A DNA stretch of 64,000 nt. It comes from Tubiluchus corallicola (taxonomy: Eukaryota > Animalia > Priapulida). Position 1 is the first letter of the stretch. The number at the start of each line of letters is the position of its first letter. This document shows, piece by piece, positions 1-12,310 of this stretch. Location of the stretch: the NCBI GenBank assembly GCA_030141605.1, contig JAQGDQ010000046.1, positions 434,001 through 498,000 on the forward strand, given 5' to 3'. The notes below the pieces were generated by a model that saw only the letters and a program-made list of their open reading frames with translations, ran no database searches and was not told where the DNA came from. The position numbers and the translations under genes were made by a program.

Positions 1-1
1 C

Positions 2-463
2 AAGGGAGAAAAACTTGTTTTTGCTCCAGATTTTATCCTGGACAGGCATCTGCTGAAGACTGGAGGCTTGCAGTCAATTGGGGATATTATGCTGGCACTA
101 AGTGCCAAATTTGATTTGATGGCATTGAGCTTGGAGGAAATAGTGTGCATGAAAGCACTGGCTTTGATCACAGCACAGTTGAAAAAACTCAGCAGTTCTG
201 AGAAGATTAAAAGCATAGAGAAACAACTTATGGGTGCTTTAAGTGACATTATTGCTACAACCGAGAGTACCGATCGTTTCAGAATGTCTCGACTGTTTCT
301 TATTATGCCACATGTTCGTTACATTTCTGGTCAAGGTGTGGCTCTGTTTTTTCAGATGAAGAGTGAGGCGGAAATGACAGTGTTGCTGCAGGAAATGGTT
401 ACAGCACAGTTTATAGCACAGCACTCTGTACAACAAAACCTGATACAGAGCAAAGCCAAGTGA
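2..463 (+). CDS. Nuclear receptor ligand-binding domain, NR3 (estrogen receptor / ERR-like), C-terminal part; 5' part outside window
   Basis: Frame open from base 2: KGEKLVFAPDFILDRHLLKTGGLQSIGDIMLALSAKF...LEEIVCMKALAL...RMSRLFLIMPHVRYISGQGVALFFQMK...LLQEMV..., stop at 461-463. Resembles ER motifs KLLFAPNLLLDR, EEFVCLK, RLAQLLLILSHIRHMS and the AF-2 helix LLLEML. Confidence 0.88.
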   Translation, partial: KGEKLVFAPDFILDRHLLKTGGLQSIGDIMLALSAKFDLMALSLEEIVCMKALALITAQLKKLSSSEKIKSIEKQLMGALSDIIATTESTDRFRMSRLFLIMPHVRYISGQGVALFFQMKSEAEMTVLLQEMVTAQFIAQHSVQQNLIQSKAK

Positions 464-3431
464 GACCTGACTGTGAAATGGTCTTTATTCATCACCATTT
501 ATTTTACTTGTTTTCTTTTCACTTATGAAAGCATGGAAAACAAATTTACATATTACGCATATTATAGCAAATTTTTTAAGCTGTATCAATTTCTTATTAA
601 GCAGCACATTATTTTTGCTTAAGAAGATCTAAAATTGTTTTGCCACATGTATAATAAGTTTTCAAAATGTTGATGACCGGTGAAGTACAAAAGCAAGTAT
701 TTTATTATTTTGTCGTTTTTCACTATAATTACTGTTAATAGTACATATACATTGTAACTACTAGTCAAACCATTGTGCTGTACCTTTCAGTTTGCTTTAA
801 AAATCGTAGTTTCTGTACAATTAACTGCGAAATTGTTAGACTAGTTTTACCACACAACAGAATTTTACTTTGTGGTGAATCAACGAGGCTGTGTTGTCCT
901 GCTATGAATTGAAAATTGAAAATGTCTTCATGAATGAATGGTGCTAACAACAGTTACAACTAATTATCTGTGGGTGTAGAGTATAATGATGCAGCAAGGA
1001 CTTGAGCAACATTACAAGGGATGTCTGTAATTAAAAATAACATTTCAATTCGAGGTTTGTTATGTCTATTTAGACGAAAGGTGGACAGAGAAGCCATTGC
1101 CCAAAATGTCTCACAGAAATAGTCCAGCGTGTGTTAAAAACGACTATTGTTTGTCGTTTGCCATCACAGCTCCTGCTAATTAATGTGGCAAAATAGTGCT
1201 AACTTTCGATATTTGTTTGGTGTTGCTGGTTCTTACCGCTTTTAATATCTGTTGATTTTTATCAGTTTTCCAGTTATGTATATTTATGTGTGGTTTCAAA
1301 GATCTTCATTGCTTTTTGTGTCTGGTGTAATTCAAGTTCATTTGCTCCTGAAAATGCCATAAATGGCAAGATTTGGATGTTGCACTCTTACCATTTTTTG
1401 TACAGATTGCTGCAAATGAAGCTGGTGGTCAAAGGTTTTGCTTGGAACATAAGAATGTAAACTTATACAGCTTCTGAAAATTTAATTCTTATTATTACTT
1501 TGCTTGTGATAGAAAGTATCTGTTGTTGTTCTTGAAACGAGTGAGGTTATAGTTATCAGGAAAAGAATTTTACAGTAGAGAATTACAGATAAGAAGCCTA
1601 GGGGGATCACGGTTTTATTAGCAGGCCTCCTACATCTAAGCATATCTGATTATCAGAGGTGGTAACAAAACTAATACAAATAACCTGGCAGAGATTTGGA
1701 ATGATGAAAGAGGGATCCTGCAGGCTGTAAGAGCTTGTGGCTGCCTCCATTTAACGTTCACAATACAAGAGTCCCAGCCACTTTCTAAGATATTTTTCCA
1801 TGATAGAACATAGGTCAAGTCCAAGTCAATAAAGTCATCATGAAATTGTAACTTGTTTCAGCACAAAATCATTCCACGAGAACCCTATAATTTAAACCTT
1901 AAGCATTTATATGAGTCATGTGCTGCATTTCAAGATTTACATGTGCCAGTTGACTAAGAACCTTATTACAATAGTTATACAGCAATTTTTGTAAGGAAAT
2001 CAGTAATACATTTATCTATTTTTTTGTTCATGCCAAAGATTAGCAATGATCACTAGTGGTTTGTAGCTAAGTATGAGTTTTTATTATTGTTATTATTATA
2101 ATGAAGGTAAATTTCAATTAATCTTACTACTGTATTATATTCTATACATCAATATTTTAATGTTGTGATTCTGTTTACCAGTGATTAAGTGAACTCACTA
2201 AATTCATTGTTAAATGTAAATCATTTCAAAGTAAAGTGATTGTTTGCAATGCATTGTTGCAAAATGAAGAATGAGTAGTTAAATTATGACTAATTTTCAA
2301 AAAATTAAAGCAATTTTGTGTAAATCAACAAAATATATACAGTTGTTGTACAGTGGATCAAAAAAGTTATTTAGATAGTCATTTTTGCATTTTTATTGGA
2401 TTTAATTGCAAAGAAAAACAACAATACTAATCACAACTTTAAATACATTTCTACAGTAATAAACAATGCAGTTAGGACAATATAGTAAAACAAGTACGTA
2501 CTATGATTATTCTCAAACCGTTATTTTTGGATGGCAATAATACTGCTTCCATTTTTTTGCACTGTGTACGTATACTACACTATACTAACGAACAACAAGA
2601 AACGATACTATTTTACATAGAAAATAACTATATATCTATAGTAACATAAGTATAGTATATTGCTAAACACAACAATTATATAATTATAGAAGTACATGCA
2701 TATTTACATTTGTGTCTGTACAAACTGGGAAATGCTGATAATAAAACTGAGATTAAAAATCAAATTAAAACTTTACTTGGTACATGAAAACTAATATACT
2801 AATATCTGTGATCTAAAGCCAGTAGACCTAAACTAAGTAAAATGTGAACTATAAATAAAAATCGTTTCAAAGGTTGAATTACAAATCGTGGAAATTTTTG
2901 TTTTTCCACCTGCTATAACTAAAACTTCAGAGTTGGGCGACGTCATTTTTTAAAACAACAAACAATACACCTACAAAAGAATTGCTAATACTGCAGTAAC
3001 TCATAATCACATTTACAATATAAAACAAAAGATCTAGCAGTATTAAAACGTTTTTGCAAGTTAAAAATATGGCTTTTGATAACTTACACACAAGGAAAAG
3101 CTAGAATTAAAGTCTCCAAAACTCTGGCAGTGTGAACAATCTATGTTTCAAAATTCACACTACACCGAATAGGGGACCAACATGGAGTAAAATCAATATG
3201 GTGAGACTGCTGACTTTGATTGGTTTAGACATTACAAAGCAAACTGGACAGCCTTTCAAAACATAACACCTGTTAGAGAATTTCTTTTGGGACAGGTTAA
3301 CCCAAATAATCATTATGAAGGAAGACATTACAAACTGGTTTAACTGTAAAACGTTATAGTGCACATGATTTTATAACAAATATTACTACACATTAACGCA
3401 TATATTGCAATACCTATTATAAATTATACAA

Positions 3432-4664
3432 CAGTATAATCCACTTACAACAAGACCTGTTATAACGAACCCCTGGTTATCATGAGTAAATTTTAAAGTC
3501 CCTTTAAAAGACTTTATTTAACGTAAGTTAATTCTTACGTTTAATATATTTAAACCTTGCTTACAGAGAGCTCTGATATTATGAGATTTTGCTTATCACG
3601 AAGGAATTTTACTGTCCCATGCCTGCTCTTTCCCTGCATATAACAAGCACGAGTTCTAAAACAATGAGTACCATTCGCCAAGAGCGAAAAGGTCATCCTG
3701 CCCAGGGGGAATTAATTTACTGATCATGCATAAAACAATATGTATAAAGTGCAGCACGTGCAGATTTGGATTGCCAGTTTTTTCTGCCACTGTAATTGTA
3801 ACTTACAGTCAGAATGAAGTAAGCTCGATGATGATTCAGACACAAGAATAGAACAAGTTTGTTAATACATGAGCTTGACCGAACCCTTGTTAAACTTCAT
3901 GAAGCCTTTCAAAACTCGACCGCTCCTTATATAAAGCTGTTGTGAAATTTAATGTGAAGCAGCCAAAAATGAACTGTTCCTCTTTGCAAAATAAATAATT
4001 CTGTAATTTTTCAAAGTTTAATTTTAAACAAAAACACTGTTTTTAATAAATATAGTGATTTTATATTAAGTAACAGACAGGCTAGCTAAGCTGTAGATTT
4101 AGTTGTTAGCTCATGTAGGCCCATGCCCACACTCATAATCAGAAATCATATTGCACCTGCACAGTTATTTAAATAAAAACAGAGATTTTTGTATCTACGC
4201 TATGCTTAAACTGATAAAAATCAGCTGTGTTTTCCACCCACACAGGACATTTAGTGTCCTGCACAAGCAGTTAAATGCTTGTACTATAACACCCATGTAA
4301 AACACTCTCGGCTCTATTATCAGACGTCGCAATGAATCACAACAGTGGTAAAGCAACTTGCATGGTAGTTTTTTGCAGGAATTTATTGCATAAAATATTG
4401 CCTTAACCCAGAAATAACAGCGTTTGAATGGTGCGAACATTACAAGTTTACTCCATTGTGTTAAAATATTTGCTGATCAGTGGCATGAATTCATTAAGAA
4501 AGTTGTACCAGTCTCAAAAGAAAGTGCTGTTTGCATCATTACATCATCCACTTTATTGGTTTCTAGCTTGTACATACACTCGGTTGATTTCAACTATAAC
4601 GAGACTCGGTTATAGCGACCAAATTTTAATGGTGTTTTGAAACTCGTTATAAGAGGATTATACG
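3432..4664. mobile_element. Probable pogo/Tigger-type non-autonomous element (MITE)
   Basis: Left end CAGTATAATCCACTTACAACAAG is a near reverse complement of right end CTCGTTATAAGAGGATTATACG; recurrent TTATAACGA motifs; no ORF. Confidence 0.5.
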
Positions 4665-5387
4665 TACTTAAGGAAAAACAAATATAAATTGTAAATATTT
4701 ACATTATTGTGCTGACGTTTTTTGCAAGATTGAAAATCTTATACAGTACAAAATACAGGTGTATTGTATTGTAAAACAAATGACAAAATAAATACACATA
4801 TTAAATTTAAGCCAATAATCAAACCAGAAAAAAAACAGGGATTGCTTGTCTTTTACTCTTTTACCATTTCTTGACATTTTTCATAAATTTTGATCATTAA
4901 TGCAGCTACCGTAAAAGACGCATTTAAAAAAGCAAAATAAACAAACAACGCGTGTCACCCTTATCTAAAAACGTCACAATAAATCTGTAAAACTACCGTA
5001 CTTATTTTATTAAGGGCCTGTCCAAATAAGCGCCTAGCGAAACAGAATGAAAAATAAGTGCCCAAGATGCCACCCAGATGCAGCTCATACATACATACTA
5101 TCTACTACACACACTATATACATACTATCTAAGCTAGCCATGGGCGGAGCCATTAACAGGTGAAAATATGCATGGAAATATGGCTGTACTGCTAAAGAGT
5201 TAAGTGCCCGTGCCTGTAAGGCCCAGTAATTAGTTTAGTTGTAAGAAATAAAGGGCTGTCAGGATCTAAAGTGAACAGCTATTGTAACTACAAATTTCAA
5301 TAGGATTGCTAGCACTTGGTAACACACTTATGAACAGGTAATTTCTTAAACTGTTTAACTAATCGACTCACACCAACTCTATGCATC

Positions 5388-5579
5388 CTATCTTTTCCGG
5401 CGGCGCTTGACCCTCGACTTGTTTGCTGTAGCAGGTTTCTTTGCTCTAGCACTGTCATCTGTTTCATCAATTTCTGAGTCGTCCTTATCCTGCACACGGC
5501 CAATCTTCAGCTTTGGTTGATAGGTGGCACTGAATTCAGTTTTGCCATCTAGCTGAAATTTTTTTGTCTGTTTTGTTAC
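5388..5579 (-). CDS. DBD-only NR, last coding exon
   Basis: [63 protein letters not shown]; CTTAG acceptor. Confidence 0.6.
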   Translation of the reverse strand, partial: VTKQTKKFQLDGKTEFSATYQPKLKIGRVQDKDDSEIDETDDSARAKKPATANKSRVKRRRKR

Positions 5580-8500
5580 CTAAGCAAGATAAATCAAATA
5601 CAGTGTTTAATTAACATACCATCATCTATTTTTGAGCCTCTTTTATCCAGATGAAGTAGAGCTGGATTAAGCGGTACCAAAATTTTTGGTTTTGTGAGTT
5701 ATCATTATAAGAAAAGAATGAAATCAGAGAAAAAAGAAAGGCCAGATGACAACAAAAAAGGGAGGAAAGAAAAACAAGAGACAAAAAGAGAGAATGAGAG
5801 AGAGAGGAAGAGAAAAAGAAATGCAAACTAGAATAAATAAATCTGGTGGCAAAAAGTAGCACATCATTTAATAGTAACTGATAATGGCAATTTATCTATT
5901 TATAAAAAAGGAAAAAATTATCGTATTAAATGATTAAAATTATTAAATGCATACAATTTTCAGTTGAATTAATTAAGTTGCAAATCTTAACACTGTAATA
6001 TAATTATATGTTAAGAATATTATTAATATGGATTTCAACAAGCATAACGTAAGTTTTGTAGATTAAATGATAAAACCCATTAATTGAGCTCAATAGCGCT
6101 CACGGTTCACTAGCATCTTACTTACTCAAAGCAAGACTTTAAAGCACTGGAACGATCGTGGTGCAAAAACCGGCATACAATGCTAAAAAAATGCATCAAC
6201 ATTTTTTCACAAAACAAGTAAACCTCACTGAACTCCAAACAACAGAGATTAATTAAAAATTTTTGCATAATAACACACTTGATAAGTTTTACAAGTTTAC
6301 TATTAGTCTCCCGTTCATCACAACTAATTTGTTAATTAACTATGACTACCAAATTTATCGACATTAAGTCGGACACAAGGTTTTACTTTTGTTATCATTA
6401 CCATGCTTTTCTTGCTAGATTTAGCCTTTGCCTTTTGCAGCTCCACTTCTTCTTCCTGTTCACTTTCTTCCTCTGTTTCTTTTTTTTCTTGATCACTGCC
6501 ACTTTCTGAACCAGAACCAGAAAAATAGGACTTCACACTTTCTCGCGGTCTGTGCGACTTACGACGTCTGATTCTTTCCCACTCTTTTCCCAAGTCACCC
6601 CGGTATGCTGGATCTTTTTCATCATCCTAAAAAAATAAACAAAGAGCAATTGCGACAATAATAAAGAACGATAAAGAAACGGGACAAACTGAGGCATTTC
6701 TCATAACAGGTGCCAAATGGATTGCAGGGAAGTGTCCCAGTGCCATATTATTGTCCACACTGGCCCTGCTATAATTGAATTAATTTTCCAGAAAAGGTAT
6801 GCAAGCACTGATTTGTGCAAAGGCTCATGTTTAAACCCAACGACAAAGCAAATTTTTTTAAAAACATTATCTAAAATATTTTTTGCAATACTTCTTTAAG
6901 CATCAAGTAAGCGAGCTTTGCCTTCTAATGTAGGTTTACTATTTTGATGCACAACTTATACCAAAGGCACTTATTTGAATCAAGCATCAATAAATAATTA
7001 TACAATGTGCAAAAGTCATAAATACATTATATTTTCTTCTCAGTTGGTTACATTTTTTATTCGAGCAAGTATGAAAAGACTTAAATTTGTGAAATTCAAT
7101 GTTCAAAAATAATATTAATTGGAATAATGCCCTACGATCCGTTTTTCACTAGTTGAATCTTGTTTAACAAATACATCCAACGAAATCAAGAGAATTTAGG
7201 GATGACTAGAATCTGAAATTATTAAATCTGAAACTCTACCAAATCCCATTTTATAATAATTTTCAAAGCCAAACTGAATCCAATTCTCATTTTCAATAAT
7301 TCTTGAAACCGGATCGAATTCAAATCTAGATTTTTTATGCATTTCTTTAAACCAAAAACTTATTCGAATGGCTTAGGGGTGTCATTAGCTGCATTCAGTG
7401 CAAAAAAAATTCTGGTTGACAAAAAACCACATTTGTCTAAGCCATTTTGTTGGCAGCAGTGTGCTAAAATAACACAAGAAATCTTAGTACTTTGTTCTGG
7501 TTGACAAAAATCCACATTTGTCTAAGCCATTTTGTTGGCAGCAGTGTGCTAAAATAACACAAGAAAATGTGGTGCACGCTCTCGCAAAGGATTTCATGAG
7601 CTGGACTCACGCTGAAACTGCATATAGAGTCATTTGCAAACTCCTTTTATCACATAAGACATTTATCAAAATAGGCAGCGAATTAAGTGCCAAAAAATTT
7701 AAAGATAAACGAATGTATAGTTGCTTTTGTAATAAACTGCTTACCGAATCACAATACAGTCGAAGCTAAATGGAATAATTTTTTTAAAAAAGCTGTCGAA
7801 TTGGGTCGGATCTAAAGTAACATAGATCTTCGAAGAAGGGAATCGAATCAAAGCTCTGATTCATATTTGGTTTTTCGAAGGTCCCTCCCTAATAGAATTT
7901 TATGCGATTAATTACTAACCTCTTCTATTTCACTATAAGATTTTACTCTATTACGCCTTCTCATTCTGTATCCATGATTAACCTCAGGGATTTTTGCTTT
8001 CTCATGGTTACTAAATCGTTCTGGTTTCTCTATAAATGTAAATAAAACAAACAAATCTGCATTTTCTAGTAATATCAGTATGATACACCTGCATAATCAC
8101 AAAGTTCTATTTTACTATCTAAATAGAGCTGCAACCACCTGATCTTTGTACTGTCTCTTACAGAAGCTCTAACTACAATTTTTCAGCACTATCTTCTACA
8201 AAAAGAAGTGAACTTTACTATGTAAGGCTCCTACCTTCATATTTCATGGCAACAGAAAGGCATTTTTGATATCTGCAATACTTGCAGTCATTTCTCTGCT
8301 CTTTGTCTATCACACATTTTTTGTTCTTACTGCATGTGTACTTGTGACCATTCTTTGCACTGCGCTTAAAAAATAACTTGCAGCTTTCACAGCTACGAAA
8401 ATGAAAAATTATTAGATAATACACCTCATCAACTTGCAAATAATATAGATACAGTGTAGGTGACACCAATCTCTGCAGTAAACAAACTCCAAAGTTCATC

Positions 8501-9020
8501 TGGGAAAGATGGAGATGATGTAAATGTAAAGATTACCAGAAAAGTTCAATAAACGATCAAAATGGAAGCTTTCAACAATCATTTACATATGACATACAGT
8601 ACCTGTAAACTCCATAGTGTTTCCCTGTAGTTTTATCCCCACACACTGGACAGTGTCGTTTATTTGATGGGGAGTCTGAAAGATGTGTTGAACTTTCACA
8701 AATACTAAAGTTCATTATAATATACCTGTGCTCAATTACTACACATGTGCTATGTAATGGTACAATCAATATATCGAGACTGGTTGCTTTTATTTCTCAA
8801 ACGACAAAAAATACTAAATATACCAAATGGATTGCAAGTTTAACAGTTTGGCCAATCTCATATTTTTCTAATAAATGATGTATTATAAAACTAACATATA
8901 TGAAACGTTCAATTTTCTTACAGAAGACTGAGAAGAGCCTACTTTCCATCTAGTAGCCGTCAAATACCTACCAGGCATAGAATTTGTGTCAGTTGTCTGG
9001 TTCATTTCATCACTTGACAT
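5388..9020 (-). CDS. Nuclear-receptor-like C4 zinc-finger protein, DBD only (about 279 aa, 6 coding exons), whole-gene span
   Basis: GT-AG exons 9020-8968, 8704-8603, 8392-8235, 8029-7920, 6626-6402 and 5579-5388 join in frame (840 nt). DBD: [28 protein letters not shown]...[33 protein letters not shown]. The charged low-complexity tail ends RVKRRRKR*. Exons after the DBD are less certain. Confidence 0.75.
6402..6626 (-). CDS. DBD-only NR, exon 5 (basic/acidic low complexity)
   Basis: [30 protein letters not shown]...[24 protein letters not shown]; TTTTAG/GTAATG. Confidence 0.7.
7197..7891. mobile_element. hAT-type MITE in the NR gene intron
   Basis: Termini TAGGGATGAC...GTCCCTCCCTA; flanks AGAGAATT / ATAGAATT (7/8 match, 8-bp TSD); GAATC-rich subterminal motifs. 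Confidence 0.65.
7410..7566. repeat. 72-bp direct duplication (2 copies, 13-bp spacer)
   Basis: TTCTGGTTGACAAAAA(A/T)CCACATTTGTCTAAGCC...AACACAAGAAA at 7410-7481 and 7495-7566. Confidence 0.9.
7920..8029 (-). CDS. DBD-only NR, exon 4
   Basis: [37 protein letters not shown]; phase 1 to 0, TATAG/GTTAG. Confidence 0.65.
8235..8392 (-). CDS. DBD-only NR, exon 3 (P-box and second zinc finger)
   Basis: [53 protein letters not shown]; CGTAG acceptor, GTAGG donor. Confidence 0.92.
8603..8704 (-). CDS. DBD-only NR, exon 2 (first zinc finger, N-half)
   Basis: [16 protein letters not shown], flanked by TTTAG and GTACT. Confidence 0.9.
8968..9020 (-). CDS. DBD-only NR, coding exon 1 ([17 protein letters not shown])
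   Basis: ATG at 9020; phase-2 donor AG|GTATTT; an upstream acceptor near 9065 implies a 5' UTR exon. Confidence 0.55.
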
Positions 9021-9268
9021 CTTGATATCTTTATCCCCTGACACTGTACAAAAACTTTGGATTTCTAGAAAATAAAAAAATAAAGTTTAGGCTACCAGAA
9101 TACAAATAGAAACGTCCTTACAGACAGATTTTATAAGAAACGTAAAAAATTATACCTGCTACATGAAATTATCGTATGTAAACTAATAACACAAAAACAA
9201 AGGTAAATAAATTTCCACTTTTTAGCGTAACTTGCTGGCAAAGTCTAAGAGACCTAACCATAACATGG

Positions 9269-10700
9269 TTATTGATGGTCACTCCTCAACAATTTGCAAA
9301 ATTTAGGCAGATATGATGCATCAACTGTTTCACTATTAAGTGAATTCCAAGGGCCCACAACCCGAGAAGACAAGAAATGAGCTCTGATATTAGTGCGAGA
9401 GTATTGTACAAGTAATTTAGAATTGTGTCCGCGTAAATCACGTAATGGTCTAGAAAAAAATTTGTCACTATGCAAAATACAACCATCAAAAATGATTTTA
9501 TAACAGTTAATAAGATCTATAGTATCACAGCATTGTTCAAGATAAGATACAGAATCAGGTTAAATATCAGAGGCCAGACTAATACACTCCACTGAGTTTT
9601 TTTAAAGCATTTTTAAGAGTAACATACTGTGGTGACCACATTATGCATGCATATTCAAGTACTGGTCTACCTACAACTTTATAAACAGGTACAATAACTT
9701 TTGCATGACACGATAAAATGCAACGTTTTATCATTCCAATGTGTCTCTTGGCCTATGAGATAACATGCACAATATGTGAGTTCCACTTCTGGTTGTTTGA
9801 GAATACTCCCAAATCATGTAAAATTGATTTTTCTTCTAAAAAGCCATCTCCCAGATAATAAAGCATTGCAGAATTAGAACAAGTACGAAGTGTGCTGCAT
9901 TTAGTGTTGACGTACGTTAATCAGTTGTCACACTATAGCTCAATTTCAGACAGGTCTGCTTGTAAGATCTCTTTATCAGAGGAATTTTAAATTGGATGGT
10001 AAGGTTTTATATCATCAACAAACGGCGGAATACGTGTCAGGGGCAGGGATAAGCAGGTCGACTAATTTTCCAATCCGCAAACTTGAAATCTGCAATCCAC
10101 TAAAAATCCAGATTTTGCTATAAACAGCGATCTACAATCGCTCTATTAAATTAATTCAAATCTGTAATCCCGTCCTGATCCGCAGCCTGCTTACATGGTT
10201 ATTTTTAATTCAAATCCGCATAAATATCTGCATTTTTTCTAACTTTGGTTTAAATGAACAAAAATATTTTAAGTCACTGGAAAATGTACCCTGTGTGCCA
10301 TCCCACCTAACCTATCTGTAAATCTGTGTTTTTAGCCTGCACCCACACCATGTTTGTTTTGCTTGGTTCACCTCTTTTCATAACCTTTAATACCATCACC
10401 AGTTAGCGAGTTGCTTTTCTCAGCGTGCATACTAACCATGCGCACCCAAACTTCCAGTATATCGTCAGAGTTTTAGAAGTATATTAATATTATTCAAGAC
10501 TTCAAGACTTCAAGGAATTAAAGTTTTAATGCTTTTCTTAAATCAATATATAGAATATCAATTGATGGGAGAGAAGTGCCATCAAGAAATTGGGACATGT
10601 CATTTAGGCATTCCAGAAGATTTGTTAAGGAAATATTGATTATTACTGAAATGGCTAGAAGATAGCAGGAATTTTAGTATATCGTCCCGTAAGAAGTTAT
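9269..10700 (-). mobile_element. Decayed CR1-group LINE reverse transcriptase fragment, interrupted at about 10040-10260
   Basis: LTNLLECLND...DILYIDLRKA, FVDDIK (YADD motif), RPVLEYACIMWSP, LRGHNSKL...FLSSRVVGPWNSL, with stops and frameshifts. Confidence 0.8.
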
Positions 10701-11521
10701 CTTTACTAATTTAAATGCTTAAAAATAAATTACAAAACAAGTCGGTTTTTATACTCACTTTATTTTTCGTTTTTCACATTTTTGTTTAAAAACATGTTAC
10801 TCAAATAATGAAAATTTTTTATTGTTAGTCCTGTTCTCATTTACTCTTTTTGTAACTTCTGTTGCTAGAATTGAGCGCTTGTCTTAGGGGAATTAGCATA
10901 TAATTCACTCCGCTCATTTGGTAAAATTTCGTTCACCTAAATTAATTTTAGGAATTTACCAAGACTCGGCTAAGATAACAATGGCTCTCTCTTGTTATTG
11001 GTAATTTACTTCTTGACTAAAATTCGTGTTCCATCTTGTTATCCATTACGGAATATGGACTATGTTATAATAAATTGACGAATACATTACTGCGGTATGC
11101 ATGAATCATTCATGTATTACTTTTATTAGTAATTACTTGCAATAGTATCTATTTACAGCAGTGAATTCTATCTGTGACTTTGCTTGTGAAGTCAAATGTC
11201 TGCTGTTAAAAAATATTCTATCATTTTCTATCTTGCTAGGATGTGGATGTAGATGTAATATCATTATGACCTTCAGCATTCAGAAAGCATTTGACAAGAT
11301 TCGATCCACACAAGAAACTTTTATCCCCAGCAACTGCAAGAACTCCACAAATATATCATTGGAAGAAAGATGTTTACACGGTAATTTAGTTAAGGTTGGT
11401 GTATTACAATATCATTCACAGCATTGTCATACTAACTTTTGATTCAGCTGGGGAGGGAGAGTTGGCACATTAAGCCAAAATAAGGAGTAACCTACAAACT
11501 TTTCAGTGAATGTGCTTAAGC

Positions 11522-12310
11522 TTCGCCAAGTTAGCCTTTTCGACAGTCTACTTTTTTGCCAGTCTATTTTTTCGCCAGTTTACATGTTCGCCGGTTGACC
11601 TTTTAACCAGTGTAATCATGACTAACAATGAAGATTTAACTTACCTATACATATAGAAGACACCATTGACATGGTTTCATTTAAACGCTCTGTGAACGGA
11701 AAATATAAGTCCTACAGAGGCACATATCATTGGATAGCAGAATTTGACGTGCTCGTAGCTAGTGTAGAGGGTCACTTTCGCTTATAATTTTGGGATCATG
11801 AGCCTTTGACCCGCCTGAGTTATGACCCGGGAGATGTAATTATTCCTACAAGAAGCGCCATCTATCACTAACCAGCTCAGTTTAGTCGAGCTGTGAACCA
11901 TTGAGGTTTTACGGGGTCTCAAAAATGACATTGTTGGTACTATGCTTAATATACTTGGCGTATACAACAATACAGTAATTGCATGGTTTGCTTTAAACGT
12001 TCTATGAACAGAAGCCATAAGTTGTGCGATACATCATTTGTGCAAAAGAAATGTAGAATCAGATGTACTATGGCGCAATTGCAAGTCAAATTTCGTTTAA
12101 CCACAAAATGGCGATAAGTAAGATGCTAGATGCCGAGAGCGGCGAAAAAGTAGAGTGGCATAAAGGTAGACTGGCGAAAAGGTTGACTGACGAAAAAGTA
12201 AGCTGGCGAAACGGTAGACTGACGAAAAAGTAGACTGGCGAAAAGGTAGACTGGTGAAAGCGTAGACTGACGAAAAGTTAGACTGGCTAAAAAGTAAATT
12301 GGCGAAACGA
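11522..12310. mobile_element. Foldback-like element with inverted arms built from a tandem repeat of about 20 bp
   Basis: Right arm 12141-12310: (TGGCGAAAAGGTAGAC)n variants; left arm 11522-11612 is its reverse complement (TTCGCCAGTCTAC...). Confidence 0.7.

Noticed and set aside
5309-5503. 64-aa ORF overlapping the last NR exon in another frame
   Set aside because: Alternative frame with no ATG start and no motif; the spliced frame explains the region
5620-5700. Possible extra NR exon ending at a GTATGT donor 40 nt from the last acceptor
   Set aside because: No clear acceptor, and inclusion shifts the last exon into an early stop
8139-8195. Possible small exon after the NR DBD via a 39-nt intron
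   Set aside because: It gives an immediate stop (EEDSAEKL*) or a phase conflict; cannot be supported without transcripts
12141-12310. Regular short repeats superficially like a CRISPR array
   Set aside because: No unique spacers, eukaryotic context and no cas genes; it is a tandem repeat arm
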